A stretch of 64,000 nt of DNA from Pirellulales bacterium (GTDB lineage Bacteria > Planctomycetota > Planctomycetia > Pirellulales > PALSA-1355). The notes beneath the pieces are model-generated. The model did not search any database. It saw nothing but the letters and a program-made list of their open reading frames with translations, and was not told the DNA's origin. The position numbers and the translations under genes were made by a program. Every line of letters starts with the position of its first letter. Positions within the stretch are counted from its first letter, which is position 1. Where the stretch lies: assembly GCA_963733035.1 (NCBI GenBank), contig CAVTBU010000001.1:17124-81123 (forward strand), given 5' to 3'. Below are positions 63,926 through 64,000 of the stretch, piece after piece.

Positions 63926-64000
63926 CTATCTTTTGCCAAATCGGCGAGCGAACACGAGGGCCAAGAGGCCGAGCGCGGCGAGGGCGTAGGTTGAGGGCTC
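63926..64000 (-). CDS. 3' end of a PEP-CTERM protein (rest outside the window)
   Basis: Reverse complement reads EPSTYALAALGLLALVFARRFGKR-stop; too short to appear in the ORF track. Confidence 0.8.
   Translation of the reverse strand, partial: EPSTYALAALGLLALVFARRFGKR

Overview
This is a GC-rich, gene-dense chromosomal segment, very probably from a Planctomycetota (Pirellulales-like) bacterium. The assignment rests on DUF1598, DUF1501, DUF1549/1553, planctomycete cytochrome c-WD40-PPC, DUF1570, YdjY and PEP-CTERM proteins. Housekeeping and proteostasis genes are dnaG-rpoD-zinc ribbon-greA, yggS-yggU, aat-hslV-hslU, tsaE, thiL, two HtrA proteases and chdC/hemQ. The window also holds a prkA(yeaG)-yeaH-spoVR operon and a YqjD/E/K-like operon, each preceded by a GG-N10-GC sigma54-type promoter. 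Metabolic genes include a xanthine-dehydrogenase-family M-S-L plus MoaD operon and GH13 and GH88 glycosidases. The window opens inside a near-identical 1498-bp tandem duplication of the DUF1598 gene. Four genes, including essential dnaG, are split by single frameshifts, and three of these fit GCGC(G) tracts, which suggests systematic sequencing error. The best novelty candidates are two genes hidden by those frameshifts. One is a lone TerB-like, 2xSAP, PD-(D/E)xK nuclease (39089-40974), a candidate single-gene defence system. The other is a ~1,140-aa protein with a Venus-flytrap-like extracytoplasmic domain and ~10 TM helices (25475-28889), a candidate receptor or channel. No rRNA, tRNA, CRISPR array, integrase or transposase was recognised. 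All family calls come from reading motifs by eye, not from database searches.
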